From NCBI GenBank assembly GCA_043816785.1, contig JBDRHP010000011.1, forward strand, positions 1 to 64,000: 64,000 nucleotides of DNA. The letters are read 5' to 3'. Below the pieces are notes generated by a model. The model was given only the letters and a program-made list of their open reading frames with translations. It had not been told where the DNA came from and ran no database searches. Of this stretch, positions 49,154 to 57,697 are shown one piece after another; the stretch's first letter is position 1, and each line of letters begins with the position of its first letter. A program made the position numbers and the translations under genes. This DNA is from Candidatus Margulisiibacteriota bacterium. Lineage in GTDB: Bacteria; Margulisbacteria; WOR-1; O2-12-FULL-45-9.

Positions 49154-49272
49154 TGGAGCCTGAGACTAAACGTCTCGGCTCCATGAGAAAACAAACTCAA
49201 GGAACCGCGAAGCACCTCGACTTCGCTCGGTGCTGCCCTGAGCTTGCCGAAGGGTTCATTCGCAGGTTCCTT
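49154..49272. repeat. Composite palindromic repeat (counterpart of 40161-40268)
   Basis: Hairpin 49154-49183, arms 49199-49272, inner module 49213-49254. Confidence 0.8.
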
Positions 49273-49292
49273 CGAAACCGGGAGGTTTAATT

Positions 49293-50300
49293 ATGCCTAG
49301 AAAAGTACGGATCAAGGAAATAGCTAAGAAAGTAGGTTGTTCTCCGGCTACGGTTTCCCAAGCTTTTAATAACCCGAAACTCGTAAACCGCAAAACACGC
49401 GCTAATATCCTGGAGGTCTGTGAGGAATTGGGCTATGTCCGGAAACGCTTCAGCCAGAGAACGAAAAAGATCATCGGCGTTACGGGGATAAGCCATGAGC
49501 TTATATTGGGCGAATATTATAATAAGATAACTACTGCCATCTTGTCGGCAGCCAAGGAACAGGGCATTAATGTGATTATTGAACATTTTGCGGATGAAGA
49601 GGAATGCTTGCCTCATATGTTCTCCAAAAAGATCTTGGATGGCTTTCTTGTTCTAGGGAAGATCTCACAAGACCATGTCTTAATGATCAAGCAACAGGGC
49701 ATTCCTTTGGTCCTCTGCGGCCATCCTATTCCGGGCATAGAACTGCATACCGTTTTAAGCGATGGAAGGGCAGGGATCTATGAGGTTACCAAGCATCTTA
49801 TCGAGCTTGGCCACAAAAGATTCGCTTATCTGACAGGCGGCCCTTTATTTGACCCTGTAACTTCAGATAGATTGGATGGTTTTAGATTTGCTTTAAATGA
49901 GGCAGGCATAACTTTTTCAGGGGATCATATTGCGATCGGGGATTTTTGCAATTGGGAGACCGCAAATAAAGCAGTGGATAAGCTTTTGAAATTAGATCCT
50001 CAGATAACCGCTTTGGTTTGCGAAAGCGATGCCTTAGCCTACACCGCTTATCAGGGACTGATGGAACTTGGCTATAAAATTCCCAAGGATATCTCTATCA
50101 CTGGGTTTGACAACATTCCTTTTCCGCCTTATATAAATGCCATAAAAACAAAGTTAACCACGATTGATGTTAATCTTGAGGATTTAGGAAGAACTGCGGT
50201 AAATACCCTTTTAGATATTATTGAAAATCCTTCTCGTGCGGCTTGTCGGTATACATTGCCGGCGCAGTTGATTAAAGGAGAAACTACAGCGAAGGCCTAG
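49293..50300 (+). CDS. LacI-family transcriptional regulator
   Basis: IKEIAKKVGCSPATVSQAFN HTH; HLIELGH, IPKDISITGFDN, LTTI. Confidence 0.95.
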   Translation: MPRKVRIKEIAKKVGCSPATVSQAFNNPKLVNRKTRANILEVCEELGYVRKRFSQRTKKIIGVTGISHELILGEYYNKITTAILSAAKEQGINVIIEHFADEEECLPHMFSKKILDGFLVLGKISQDHVLMIKQQGIPLVLCGHPIPGIELHTVLSDGRAGIYEVTKHLIELGHKRFAYLTGGPLFDPVTSDRLDGFRFALNEAGITFSGDHIAIGDFCNWETANKAVDKLLKLDPQITALVCESDALAYTAYQGLMELGYKIPKDISITGFDNIPFPPYINAIKTKLTTIDVNLEDLGRTAVNTLLDIIENPSRAACRYTLPAQLIKGETTAKA

Positions 50301-51262
50301 GCAGCTTCTTTTCTTAACTCGCGAGCAGCTTCTTCATCTAAAAGAATGGTGACCTTGTTTCTAACCAAGGGTTGTCCAAGATAGTGGGCAGTAAAATTGG
50401 ACGGATTGTAGGTGCCATAGAATAATTCACGAATTGCTTCCGCCTTTCCTCTCCCGATGGCCATTAAAATGATCTTCTTTGCGGTAATGAACGTATTGAG
50501 TGAAATAGTCAGCGCGTGTTGAGGTGCCCCCCTTGTTGAAATATCACAATTTTCTTTAACGCACGCACAGGTCTCTCGGCTCTCATCCAGCCACTTCCAG
50601 GAGCGGATGCCTTGCCAAAGCTCAACGGTACGGGCGGGCAGGGCTCTGGGAACCAATTCTTGTCCAGGCCCCAAAAAGGCGATATGGCCATCCGGACCAA
50701 TGCCGCAGACAATAAGATCTATGGGCGAATGTTTTCCCAGCCACAGATTAAATTGACCTTCCTCAGCTAATTTGGTGGCGAGGTCTGTGTTGCCGGGAAG
50801 GTGGGGGACATAAACATTCTTAAAGGTCTGATAGATCTCTTGAATGGCCGTGCGCCTTGCGGCGGGATCTGAGGGAAGCCTAAAATCTTCCGGCAGAAAA
50901 TGTTTTAGAAAATTCTTAATGAAATAATATTTGAAGCTGTAGGGATGTTCAAGCTGCCCTTCAATTCCATCTATCATTCCCATCTGGAAGTTTCCCTGTT
51001 CCCCTTTAAGCAGCCCGCTTAGATCTACGCCTTCTTCTTTGGCCATTTTGGAAAGTGCCCAATACATGCGAATGGGGGTATTGCAGCCGGGAGTTAAAAC
51101 AGTTCCCTTGCCAGATTTTGCCAGGTCAAGGATGCTCTGGGCAGCTTGGCGGCTAACTTGTTCGCGGGACAAGATCCGATAATCGAATCTTTCTGCCTTT
51201 TTTATAGCAGGAGTTAGTCTTCTATTGCTGGGCCTATATAATTGTAAAACAGCCTTTCCCAT
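50297..51262 (-). CDS. Glucosamine-6-phosphate deaminase/isomerase-like (NagB/6PGL fold), divergent
   Basis: PGCNTP..MY, IDLIVCGIGPDGHIAF, ALTI....AKKIILMA.G.GKAEAI, LDEEAA. Confidence 0.75.
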   Translation of the reverse strand: MGKAVLQLYRPSNRRLTPAIKKAERFDYRILSREQVSRQAAQSILDLAKSGKGTVLTPGCNTPIRMYWALSKMAKEEGVDLSGLLKGEQGNFQMGMIDGIEGQLEHPYSFKYYFIKNFLKHFLPEDFRLPSDPAARRTAIQEIYQTFKNVYVPHLPGNTDLATKLAEEGQFNLWLGKHSPIDLIVCGIGPDGHIAFLGPGQELVPRALPARTVELWQGIRSWKWLDESRETCACVKENCDISTRGAPQHALTISLNTFITAKKIILMAIGRGKAEAIRELFYGTYNPSNFTAHYLGQPLVRNKVTILLDEEAARELRKEAA

Positions 51263-51283
51263 AGTTATTGCTCCAGTGTATAT

Positions 51284-51310
51284 ATATCGTCAAAAAACAG
51301 CTATAATTTC
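51284..51310 (-). promoter_or_regulatory. Sigma28-like promoter candidate
   Basis: GAAA-N15-GACGATAT, then GGAG SD. Confidence 0.5.
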
Positions 51311-51399
51311 AGAATTTTTGAGGGTGTTACGATGCAAATAGTCATAGGTATCAAGAGAGCCATTTGCAACGCAGGAAGACTGTGTTACAATAGCGAAAA

Positions 51400-52647
51400 A
51401 TGAAAAAGTGGCTTGTTTTATTACTTTTGCTGCTTGCCCTTTCTACTGCTGCGCTAGCCGGCATTTTTATCTACGAACCCAAGGACAAAACTACTACCTT
51501 TGATAAAGTTGTTATGCTCAAAGGCATTGGCAAGGACCTGAAGATCATTAAGATCAATGACCAAGCAATACCAGTTAATAGTAAAGGGGCCTTTGCTTGC
51601 GGCCTGGTTTTAAGGCCGGGCAAGAACCTGGTCGAGATCAGGGCCCTTGACCTGTACGGCGATCATTTTGTAAAAAGTCTGTCCCTCTTGGGCATGAGGA
51701 CTTTTCCCGATGTTGAAAGCCCTTACGAAGGAAAAAAACATTGGGCGCGCAACCAGATCGTCTATCTTGCCAGCTTAGGTTTTATCGAGGGGTATCCTGA
51801 CGATAACTTTTACCCTGGCAATCCCGTGACCCGCGGCGAACTGGCAACCTGGATTGCCCGGACAAAACAATTGTCGGTTCCCGCTTTAACCGAAGATGTG
51901 TTTTTTGATGTGCCCAAGGAACATTGGCGCGCGCCTTATGTCAAGGCAGTGGTCGATGCCGGCTACATGAAAGGCTATGACAACCAAACTTTTGGTCTGG
52001 ACGATCCAATTTCCCGACGGAAAGCGGCTGAGGTGGTCGTTGCTACGGAAGGCATTGATGTGGTGGAAAGAGTTAAGCCCTTGTTTATTGATGTGCCCAA
52101 AGCAGAGCGGGGAGCCTTCCCAATATATTTAGCCAAGGAAAAGGGGTTGCTCAAGGGTGTGTCAGAGAATCTGCCGGTATATGAGCCGGATCGGGCGCTG
52201 ACCAGGGCTGAGGCCGCGGTGTTGCTGGCCCGGTTCGATCGCTCCCAAAACGCTGTTCAATGGCTGTTCAATTTTGACAAGGGATTTACCTCAGCGGCTT
52301 ACAGTGCGGTAAATCTTGAGCCCAAAATAATTTCTTTCACTATTAATCCCGTAACTATTATTGCAAGGCAAAAATCAACTGTGCGCCTGCAAGCGCAGCT
52401 TGATCCGCGCCAGAATCTTTCGCCTATCTCTAAGGTTTCTGTTAACCTGACTGAATTGGGCGGCATGCCCGATGTTCAATTGTTTGACGACGGTAGTCAT
52501 GGTGATCTTGAAAAGGATGACCAGATCTATACCCTGAACTTATCTTTTGAACCGAAAGAAAGTGGCAGCAAAATGCTGTATGTAATAGCCGTTGACCGCT
52601 TGGGTTGGCAGGGTGGTGGCGAAGCCTCACTGACCATTGTTGAATAA
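51400..52647 (+). CDS. Exported S-layer homology (SLH) domain protein with C-terminal DDG.HGD...D.IYT domain
   Basis: F.DV...HWA, GFIEGYPD..F.P...TRGE, TRAEAA; LFDDGSHGDLEKDDQIYT. Confidence 0.85.
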   Translation: MKKWLVLLLLLLALSTAALAGIFIYEPKDKTTTFDKVVMLKGIGKDLKIIKINDQAIPVNSKGAFACGLVLRPGKNLVEIRALDLYGDHFVKSLSLLGMRTFPDVESPYEGKKHWARNQIVYLASLGFIEGYPDDNFYPGNPVTRGELATWIARTKQLSVPALTEDVFFDVPKEHWRAPYVKAVVDAGYMKGYDNQTFGLDDPISRRKAAEVVVATEGIDVVERVKPLFIDVPKAERGAFPIYLAKEKGLLKGVSENLPVYEPDRALTRAEAAVLLARFDRSQNAVQWLFNFDKGFTSAAYSAVNLEPKIISFTINPVTIIARQKSTVRLQAQLDPRQNLSPISKVSVNLTELGGMPDVQLFDDGSHGDLEKDDQIYTLNLSFEPKESGSKMLYVIAVDRLGWQGGGEASLTIVE

Positions 52648-54350
52648 TGCTTAGGAAATGTCAAATGTCAAATGTCAAATGTCAAATTAATGTCCGCCTG
52701 CGGCGGATTTTATTTAAAATAATTATTCCTTCATTTGTCATTTTTAATTTGTCATTTGTCATTTTGGCAGGATCGGTTTACGCTGAGCTGATCGAGCTGG
52801 GGGTAGAGCCGCTTCGGGTTGAACTGGCGGGGCGGCCTTTGGGCATGGGGGGAGGGTTTGCCGGGCTGGCAGACGATACAAATGCTATTTTATATAATCC
52901 TGGCGGTCTGGCTTGGACCAAAGGGATTTCTCTCTCCATTAAGGATTCGGAAAACATCGCGGCCTTGCAGGCTTATCCCGCGGGTAATAATTCTGCTTTT
53001 GGTTTAGCTATAATTACCAGCAAGTTCTCTGATATCCCTTTTAGCGGAGGTTTAGCTAATTCCAACAGCAATGTTGTTTATTTATCCTACGGGACCAAGC
53101 TTAACTTCATTCCCCGCTTGGCTGACAGCGAGCTTTTTCAGCATCTCGGCTTTGGCTTGAGCGTTAAGGGATTATTGGGGCAGACACTGCGCAGGGCCGG
53201 CATGCTTGATCGCTCGGCTACTGGCTGGGATATGGATTTTGGTGTCTTGTGGAAGGCCGAGGACTGGTGGTCAGCTGGTTTTACCCTGCAGAACTTCCTG
53301 CCAATCGGGACTCTTGGTGGCGGTTCGATCAACTGGGATATTGGCGGCCAAGAAGGAATTCCAGCCGTTGCTAAGCTCGCCGGGTCCGCTCGGGTGATCG
53401 GCGATATCGGTTCGCCGATTTTTATGGAAGGCCGGCAGCTGCTTTTGGCTGGCGAATTGAATGTTTCACGCAACAGGCCTCTGTTGATGCGTTTTGGCGG
53501 TGAATACGGGTTTAACAAAAGCTATTATTTGCGCACCGGCTTTACGCAGCAATTCATTGCTGGAGGGGCTACCTCGGATATTAATTTTGGGCTTGGTTAT
53601 CGGACAGAAAGATGGGGCGTTGATCTGGCCAGTTACCGCGACCCCTTTAATGACCAGCGTTATCTTTGCCTGTCCGTGCTTTATTTCCCCGAAGATTGGA
53701 TAATCCTCCGGGAGTTGGATATTGATAAGCCCCGGGTAATGATTGACCAGCCTATCGAAACCATCTCACTCGAAGATAACATTGTTACCTATGATGATAA
53801 AATCGATGTTTATGGCCGAGTTAAACCTGGGGTTGAAGTTTATATTAATGGTTTACGAGCTTCGCTTGGTCCGGACAATTCCTTTAAAGCGGTTATTCCT
53901 TTGCATCTTAAGAAGAACCTGATCATTGTTGAGGCGCGCTACCTGGGTGAAAAGAAGGTTTGGAAATATAAGGTATTTAGGAAAGCCAAGGTTGAGATCG
54001 CTGATAAGGATAAGACTGAAAATCTGGCCAAGAAGAAAGAAGGGGTCGAAAACCTGGTTACTATGGGTGTGATTGAGATTACCCCGGATCAAGAGTTTGT
54101 CATGGATGCGGGGATCACCCGGGGCGAGCTTTCCAGCTGGCTGGTTAAAGCAGCTGAGATGAAACTGCCCGAGGTGCGCAAGGACCTGTTTGCTGATGTG
54201 CCAAAGGATCACCCCTTGGCGCCGTATATCAAGGTTGTTGTTGATTTGAACTTGCTGCGGCCTTTCCCTGACGGGACTTTCCGTCCAGCGGCCATCGTTT
54301 CTAAAGAAGAAGGGGACGCGATTTTTGCTAAGTTTGGAATAACGCAATGA
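52647..54350 (+). CDS. PorV/PorQ-like beta-barrel fused to Ig-like and SLH domains
   Basis: GRPLGMGGGFAGLADD.NA..YNPGGLA; barrel-like strands; C-terminal FADVPKDHP, FPDGTFRP. Confidence 0.7.
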   Translation: MLRKCQMSNVKCQINVRLRRILFKIIIPSFVIFNLSFVILAGSVYAELIELGVEPLRVELAGRPLGMGGGFAGLADDTNAILYNPGGLAWTKGISLSIKDSENIAALQAYPAGNNSAFGLAIITSKFSDIPFSGGLANSNSNVVYLSYGTKLNFIPRLADSELFQHLGFGLSVKGLLGQTLRRAGMLDRSATGWDMDFGVLWKAEDWWSAGFTLQNFLPIGTLGGGSINWDIGGQEGIPAVAKLAGSARVIGDIGSPIFMEGRQLLLAGELNVSRNRPLLMRFGGEYGFNKSYYLRTGFTQQFIAGGATSDINFGLGYRTERWGVDLASYRDPFNDQRYLCLSVLYFPEDWIILRELDIDKPRVMIDQPIETISLEDNIVTYDDKIDVYGRVKPGVEVYINGLRASLGPDNSFKAVIPLHLKKNLIIVEARYLGEKKVWKYKVFRKAKVEIADKDKTENLAKKKEGVENLVTMGVIEITPDQEFVMDAGITRGELSSWLVKAAEMKLPEVRKDLFADVPKDHPLAPYIKVVVDLNLLRPFPDGTFRPAAIVSKEEGDAIFAKFGITQ

Positions 54351-55228
54351 GAATACTTACAGTTAAGATATTTTTATTATTGGTAAGCAGTTATTTAACA
54401 CTGTTGCCGGTCTGGGCGCAAGCTGCTGCTCAGGGTCAAGTTGGCTTAACCAAGGGTGAAGCGATCATGAAGATCACGGCGGCTGATTTCGTCAAAAAGA
54501 AAATCGGCGAATTAGTCTCTTGGACCGTTGGCTATGATATTTCCAAGGTCAGCAGGGTAAAGCTGACTCCAACGATCAATTATGTGAAAGCTGTGCCCAA
54601 GCGGGTCCCGCCAGATGGCAGAACAATCCTTGAGATCCTGGCTTCGGTTGATGATCCAGGCGGCTTAACCAATATCTCCGGGGTCAGGGCAGACCTAAGC
54701 GCTATTGGCCGGCTGGCGAACACTATGCTGGTTGATAATGGTCTGTTCGGCGATGAAAAGGCGGCCGATGGTATTTATACCCTGCAGACCAGTGTTTCCC
54801 CCAAGATCGAGCTGGGGCCAAAAGAAGTGCCGGTAGCTGTTGCCAACAAGAAAGGCTGGCTGGCATTGGCAAAAACTACCTTGGACATCAAGAAGAATCC
54901 GGCTATAATTGAAGCTAAGTTCGCGCCAGAACGATTAGTCGCTGACGGCAAAAGCCTTGTTACCCTAACGGTCAAAATTGACAATCCCGGCCGGATCGAG
55001 GACATCAAGATAGTGACTGCTGATCTGCGGGCTTTAGGTTATACTGAACTATTGCCCATGTTAAATGATGGGCGTGGCGGGGATGCGGCTGCCAACGATG
55101 ATATTTTTAGCTTGCAATTTGTTGTGCCGGATTTTCTTAAGGATGGCGATTATCTGATCAGAATTGGCGCGGCAAATCTGGCCGGCGGTTATGAGGCTAG
55201 GGACATTACCATAAAGGTTCAAAAGTAA
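54347..55228 (+). CDS. Exported protein with two D.G..GD..A.D.I(Y/F) (choice-of-anchor X-like) domains
   Basis: VDNGLFGDEKAADGIYT and LNDGRGGDAAANDDIFS. Confidence 0.65.
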   Translation: MRILTVKIFLLLVSSYLTLLPVWAQAAAQGQVGLTKGEAIMKITAADFVKKKIGELVSWTVGYDISKVSRVKLTPTINYVKAVPKRVPPDGRTILEILASVDDPGGLTNISGVRADLSAIGRLANTMLVDNGLFGDEKAADGIYTLQTSVSPKIELGPKEVPVAVANKKGWLALAKTTLDIKKNPAIIEAKFAPERLVADGKSLVTLTVKIDNPGRIEDIKIVTADLRALGYTELLPMLNDGRGGDAAANDDIFSLQFVVPDFLKDGDYLIRIGAANLAGGYEARDITIKVQK

Positions 55229-57426
55229 TGCTGTCAACATTAACTATTATAAGTATTTTTACGGAGATTTTTGCGGCCGGTATCTTGATCGCCGGGGCCG
55301 TCACCTTTCTCAAGAATTACTTTTCCTGGAAAAAACTCAAGGATCTTCTTTTTGCCCTGGTGTTCCTTACTTTATTCATTTATGTGGCTGCGACTATTGC
55401 CTCTCAGATGATGTTCAACCTGGGGCGTGGTCTCTCCGAGCTTATCTTGGTGCATAAGGGAATATATGTCAGCATTATTCTGTGCGCTGTTTTTGTCTGG
55501 GCTTTCCTGATCGAAAAATTCCAGCTCAAGAAACTGAGATTAAGCAATGTTCCCATAATATTATTAGCGGGTTGGTTTGTCGCTAGGATCCTGGGCTCAT
55601 CTGTAAACCTGATCTACCGCGAAGGTATTGTTGAGCCGCTGGTCTTCTTTTCGCAGTACGTGCCGGTCAAGCCTTTTTTTAGTTTCATCTGGATGTTATT
55701 GGCTTTGGCCTCTTTTGTTTTTGCCTGGCGGTCAACCGGCGGGCAGAGAAAGTTAACCCTCTATCTCGGGGGTTCAACAGTGATCTTGCTTTCGGCGCTG
55801 CTTTGTTCCTCTCTTTATGTGCGAGAAGCGGAAGCAGGTTATCTGGTGGCTTCTTGGGTCTTAATTCTTATTTCCACTTTGGGGTTTCTGCTGGCCGAGT
55901 TGATCCCGCCCCAGGCGCCTGAGGCCATAAGACCGCTGCACTTTTTCCGGACGCGGATCCTGTTCAAACTAATGCTGATTTTTGTCTTGTTGATCGTTAT
56001 CCTTTTTGAGACCACGACACTGGCCACGATCAATATTAGTAAAAATGCGCTGTCAAAGTCTATCATCGGCAACTATTTAAGGTTGGCCCACGAATTAGCC
56101 CAAAAGATCAATGCCTTGCCGGTTGAGCCGCCGCTGGAGCAGCTGCAGCAGCTGGTTGTCGCGGCCAAGATGGATGATAAGGGAATGGCCTTTCTGGTTG
56201 ATCAGCAGGGGAAGCTGATTGCCCACCCTGATCAAAAAAGAGCCCTGCAAAAAGAGGATGTTAGCGCTAATCAAGCAGCGCAACGGGTCATTCTTGGCCA
56301 GCAAGGCGGCGCGGAGTTTCAGGATGAGATTGGCAGCACGATGGTCGGCGCCTATGTGCCGATAACTAAATACGGTTGGGGGGTTGTGGTTCAAGAACCG
56401 CTGGCTTCAGCCTATTCAGAAATACGCCGTTTGGAAACCAATTCATTGTTGTTTGTGGTGATTGGGATCATCCTGACCGCCCTGGTCGGAATATTTTTCG
56501 CGCGTTCGATCGAAAGGCCGATCAAAGAGCTTACTTCTGGCACGGAGGCAGTGGCCAAGGGGGACTTGCGTTGGTATGTGGCAGTTGATTCTTCTGACGA
56601 GATCGGTAAACTGGCTAAGGCTTTTAACCAGATGACCAAAGACTTGCGGGAAAGCCAGGAGCGACTCATCCTTTCAGAAAAGCTGGCTTCCCTGGGTACG
56701 ATGGCGGCTGGCATGGCCCACGAGATCAAGAACCCGCTGGTTTCCATCCGCACCTTTACCCAGATCCTGACCCAGAAATGGGAGGACAAGGAATTCCGGG
56801 AGAAATTTGCTTCGATCATTCCCAATGAGATCGAACGAATAAATCGGATCGCAGAAAGTTTGTTAAAGTTCGGCAAGCCCATGAAGCCGGAACTGGGCAA
56901 GGTGGAAGTTAATGGCCTACTTGAAGAAGTGCTGCTGCTGTTTGAGAGCGAGTGCAAAAAATACAATATCAGGGTGACCAAAAAGCTGGCGGAGTTGCCT
57001 GAGATAACGGGTGATGCTGGTCAACTCCAGCAGGTATTTGTCAATATTGTGAAAAATGGAATTGAATCCATGCATAGCAAAGGCGGCGAGATGATCGTTA
57101 AAACCGATATTGGAGAAGTTATCCGACTGGGCAAAATGCGCCGCGAAGGCAAGAAGAAGGGCGGCGAGATGGTTTGGGGTGAAGAGGAAGAATTTGATCG
57201 GCCAGTGCCGGTTATTTTTATTGAGATAAGTGATACTGGCGAAGGGATACCCGAAGAGAACCTTAAGAGCCTGTTTGATCCATTTTTTACCACGAAGATG
57301 ACGGGAACCGGTATGGGCCTGCCCATTACTCTGCGGATCATTGAGGAGCATAAGGGGTCAGTTAAGGTCAGAAGCAGCGCGGGCAAGGGGACCAGCTTTA
57401 TAATTACTCTGCCGAAGAAAGCTTAG
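55228..57426 (+). CDS. Multi-TM Cache/HAMP sensor histidine kinase
   Basis: Hydrophobic N-terminus, Cache-like IAHPD, HAMP DEIG.LA..FN.M, AHEIKNPL, DTGEGI, FFTTK, GTGMGL. Confidence 0.93.
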   Translation: MLSTLTIISIFTEIFAAGILIAGAVTFLKNYFSWKKLKDLLFALVFLTLFIYVAATIASQMMFNLGRGLSELILVHKGIYVSIILCAVFVWAFLIEKFQLKKLRLSNVPIILLAGWFVARILGSSVNLIYREGIVEPLVFFSQYVPVKPFFSFIWMLLALASFVFAWRSTGGQRKLTLYLGGSTVILLSALLCSSLYVREAEAGYLVASWVLILISTLGFLLAELIPPQAPEAIRPLHFFRTRILFKLMLIFVLLIVILFETTTLATINISKNALSKSIIGNYLRLAHELAQKINALPVEPPLEQLQQLVVAAKMDDKGMAFLVDQQGKLIAHPDQKRALQKEDVSANQAAQRVILGQQGGAEFQDEIGSTMVGAYVPITKYGWGVVVQEPLASAYSEIRRLETNSLLFVVIGIILTALVGIFFARSIERPIKELTSGTEAVAKGDLRWYVAVDSSDEIGKLAKAFNQMTKDLRESQERLILSEKLASLGTMAAGMAHEIKNPLVSIRTFTQILTQKWEDKEFREKFASIIPNEIERINRIAESLLKFGKPMKPELGKVEVNGLLEEVLLLFESECKKYNIRVTKKLAELPEITGDAGQLQQVFVNIVKNGIESMHSKGGEMIVKTDIGEVIRLGKMRREGKKKGGEMVWGEEEEFDRPVPVIFIEISDTGEGIPEENLKSLFDPFFTTKMTGTGMGLPITLRIIEEHKGSVKVRSSAGKGTSFIITLPKKA

Positions 57427-57617
57427 TTTTTAATTTTTTTTAGCAGCATCTGCATGCCGTGTTCCAGCATGCCTTCGATCTTTTCCAGCTGGGAACCCTC
57501 GGCAAGATAATACGAGGCATCGTCAGACTCTGCAAAGACGATATTGCCGCCGGTTTTAAAGGTAACGCCGTTGACGGTTACGGAACTTGATGAGCCTTCT
57601 GGTTTATTTCTATTCAT
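57423..57617 (-). CDS. Small hypothetical protein
   Basis: 64 aa with GAGG SD and its own sigma28-like promoter candidate. Confidence 0.55.
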   Translation of the reverse strand: MNRNKPEGSSSSVTVNGVTFKTGGNIVFAESDDASYYLAEGSQLEKIEGMLEHGMQMLLKKIKN

Positions 57618-57635
57618 TAGGTAGCCTCACTATAT

Positions 57636-57662
57636 TTATCGTATTTAGAGGCAATAAACTTG
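57636..57662 (-). promoter_or_regulatory. Sigma28-like promoter candidate
   Basis: CAAG-TTT start, N15 spacer, TACGATAA. Confidence 0.5.
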
Positions 57663-57697
57663 CGTCGAGATGGCAAGGTTGTTATAATTTACTTATT

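Noticed and set aside
40161..49272. Palindromic repeats as a CRISPR array
   Set aside because: Dispersed and nested, with no regular repeat-spacer periodicity and no cas genes.
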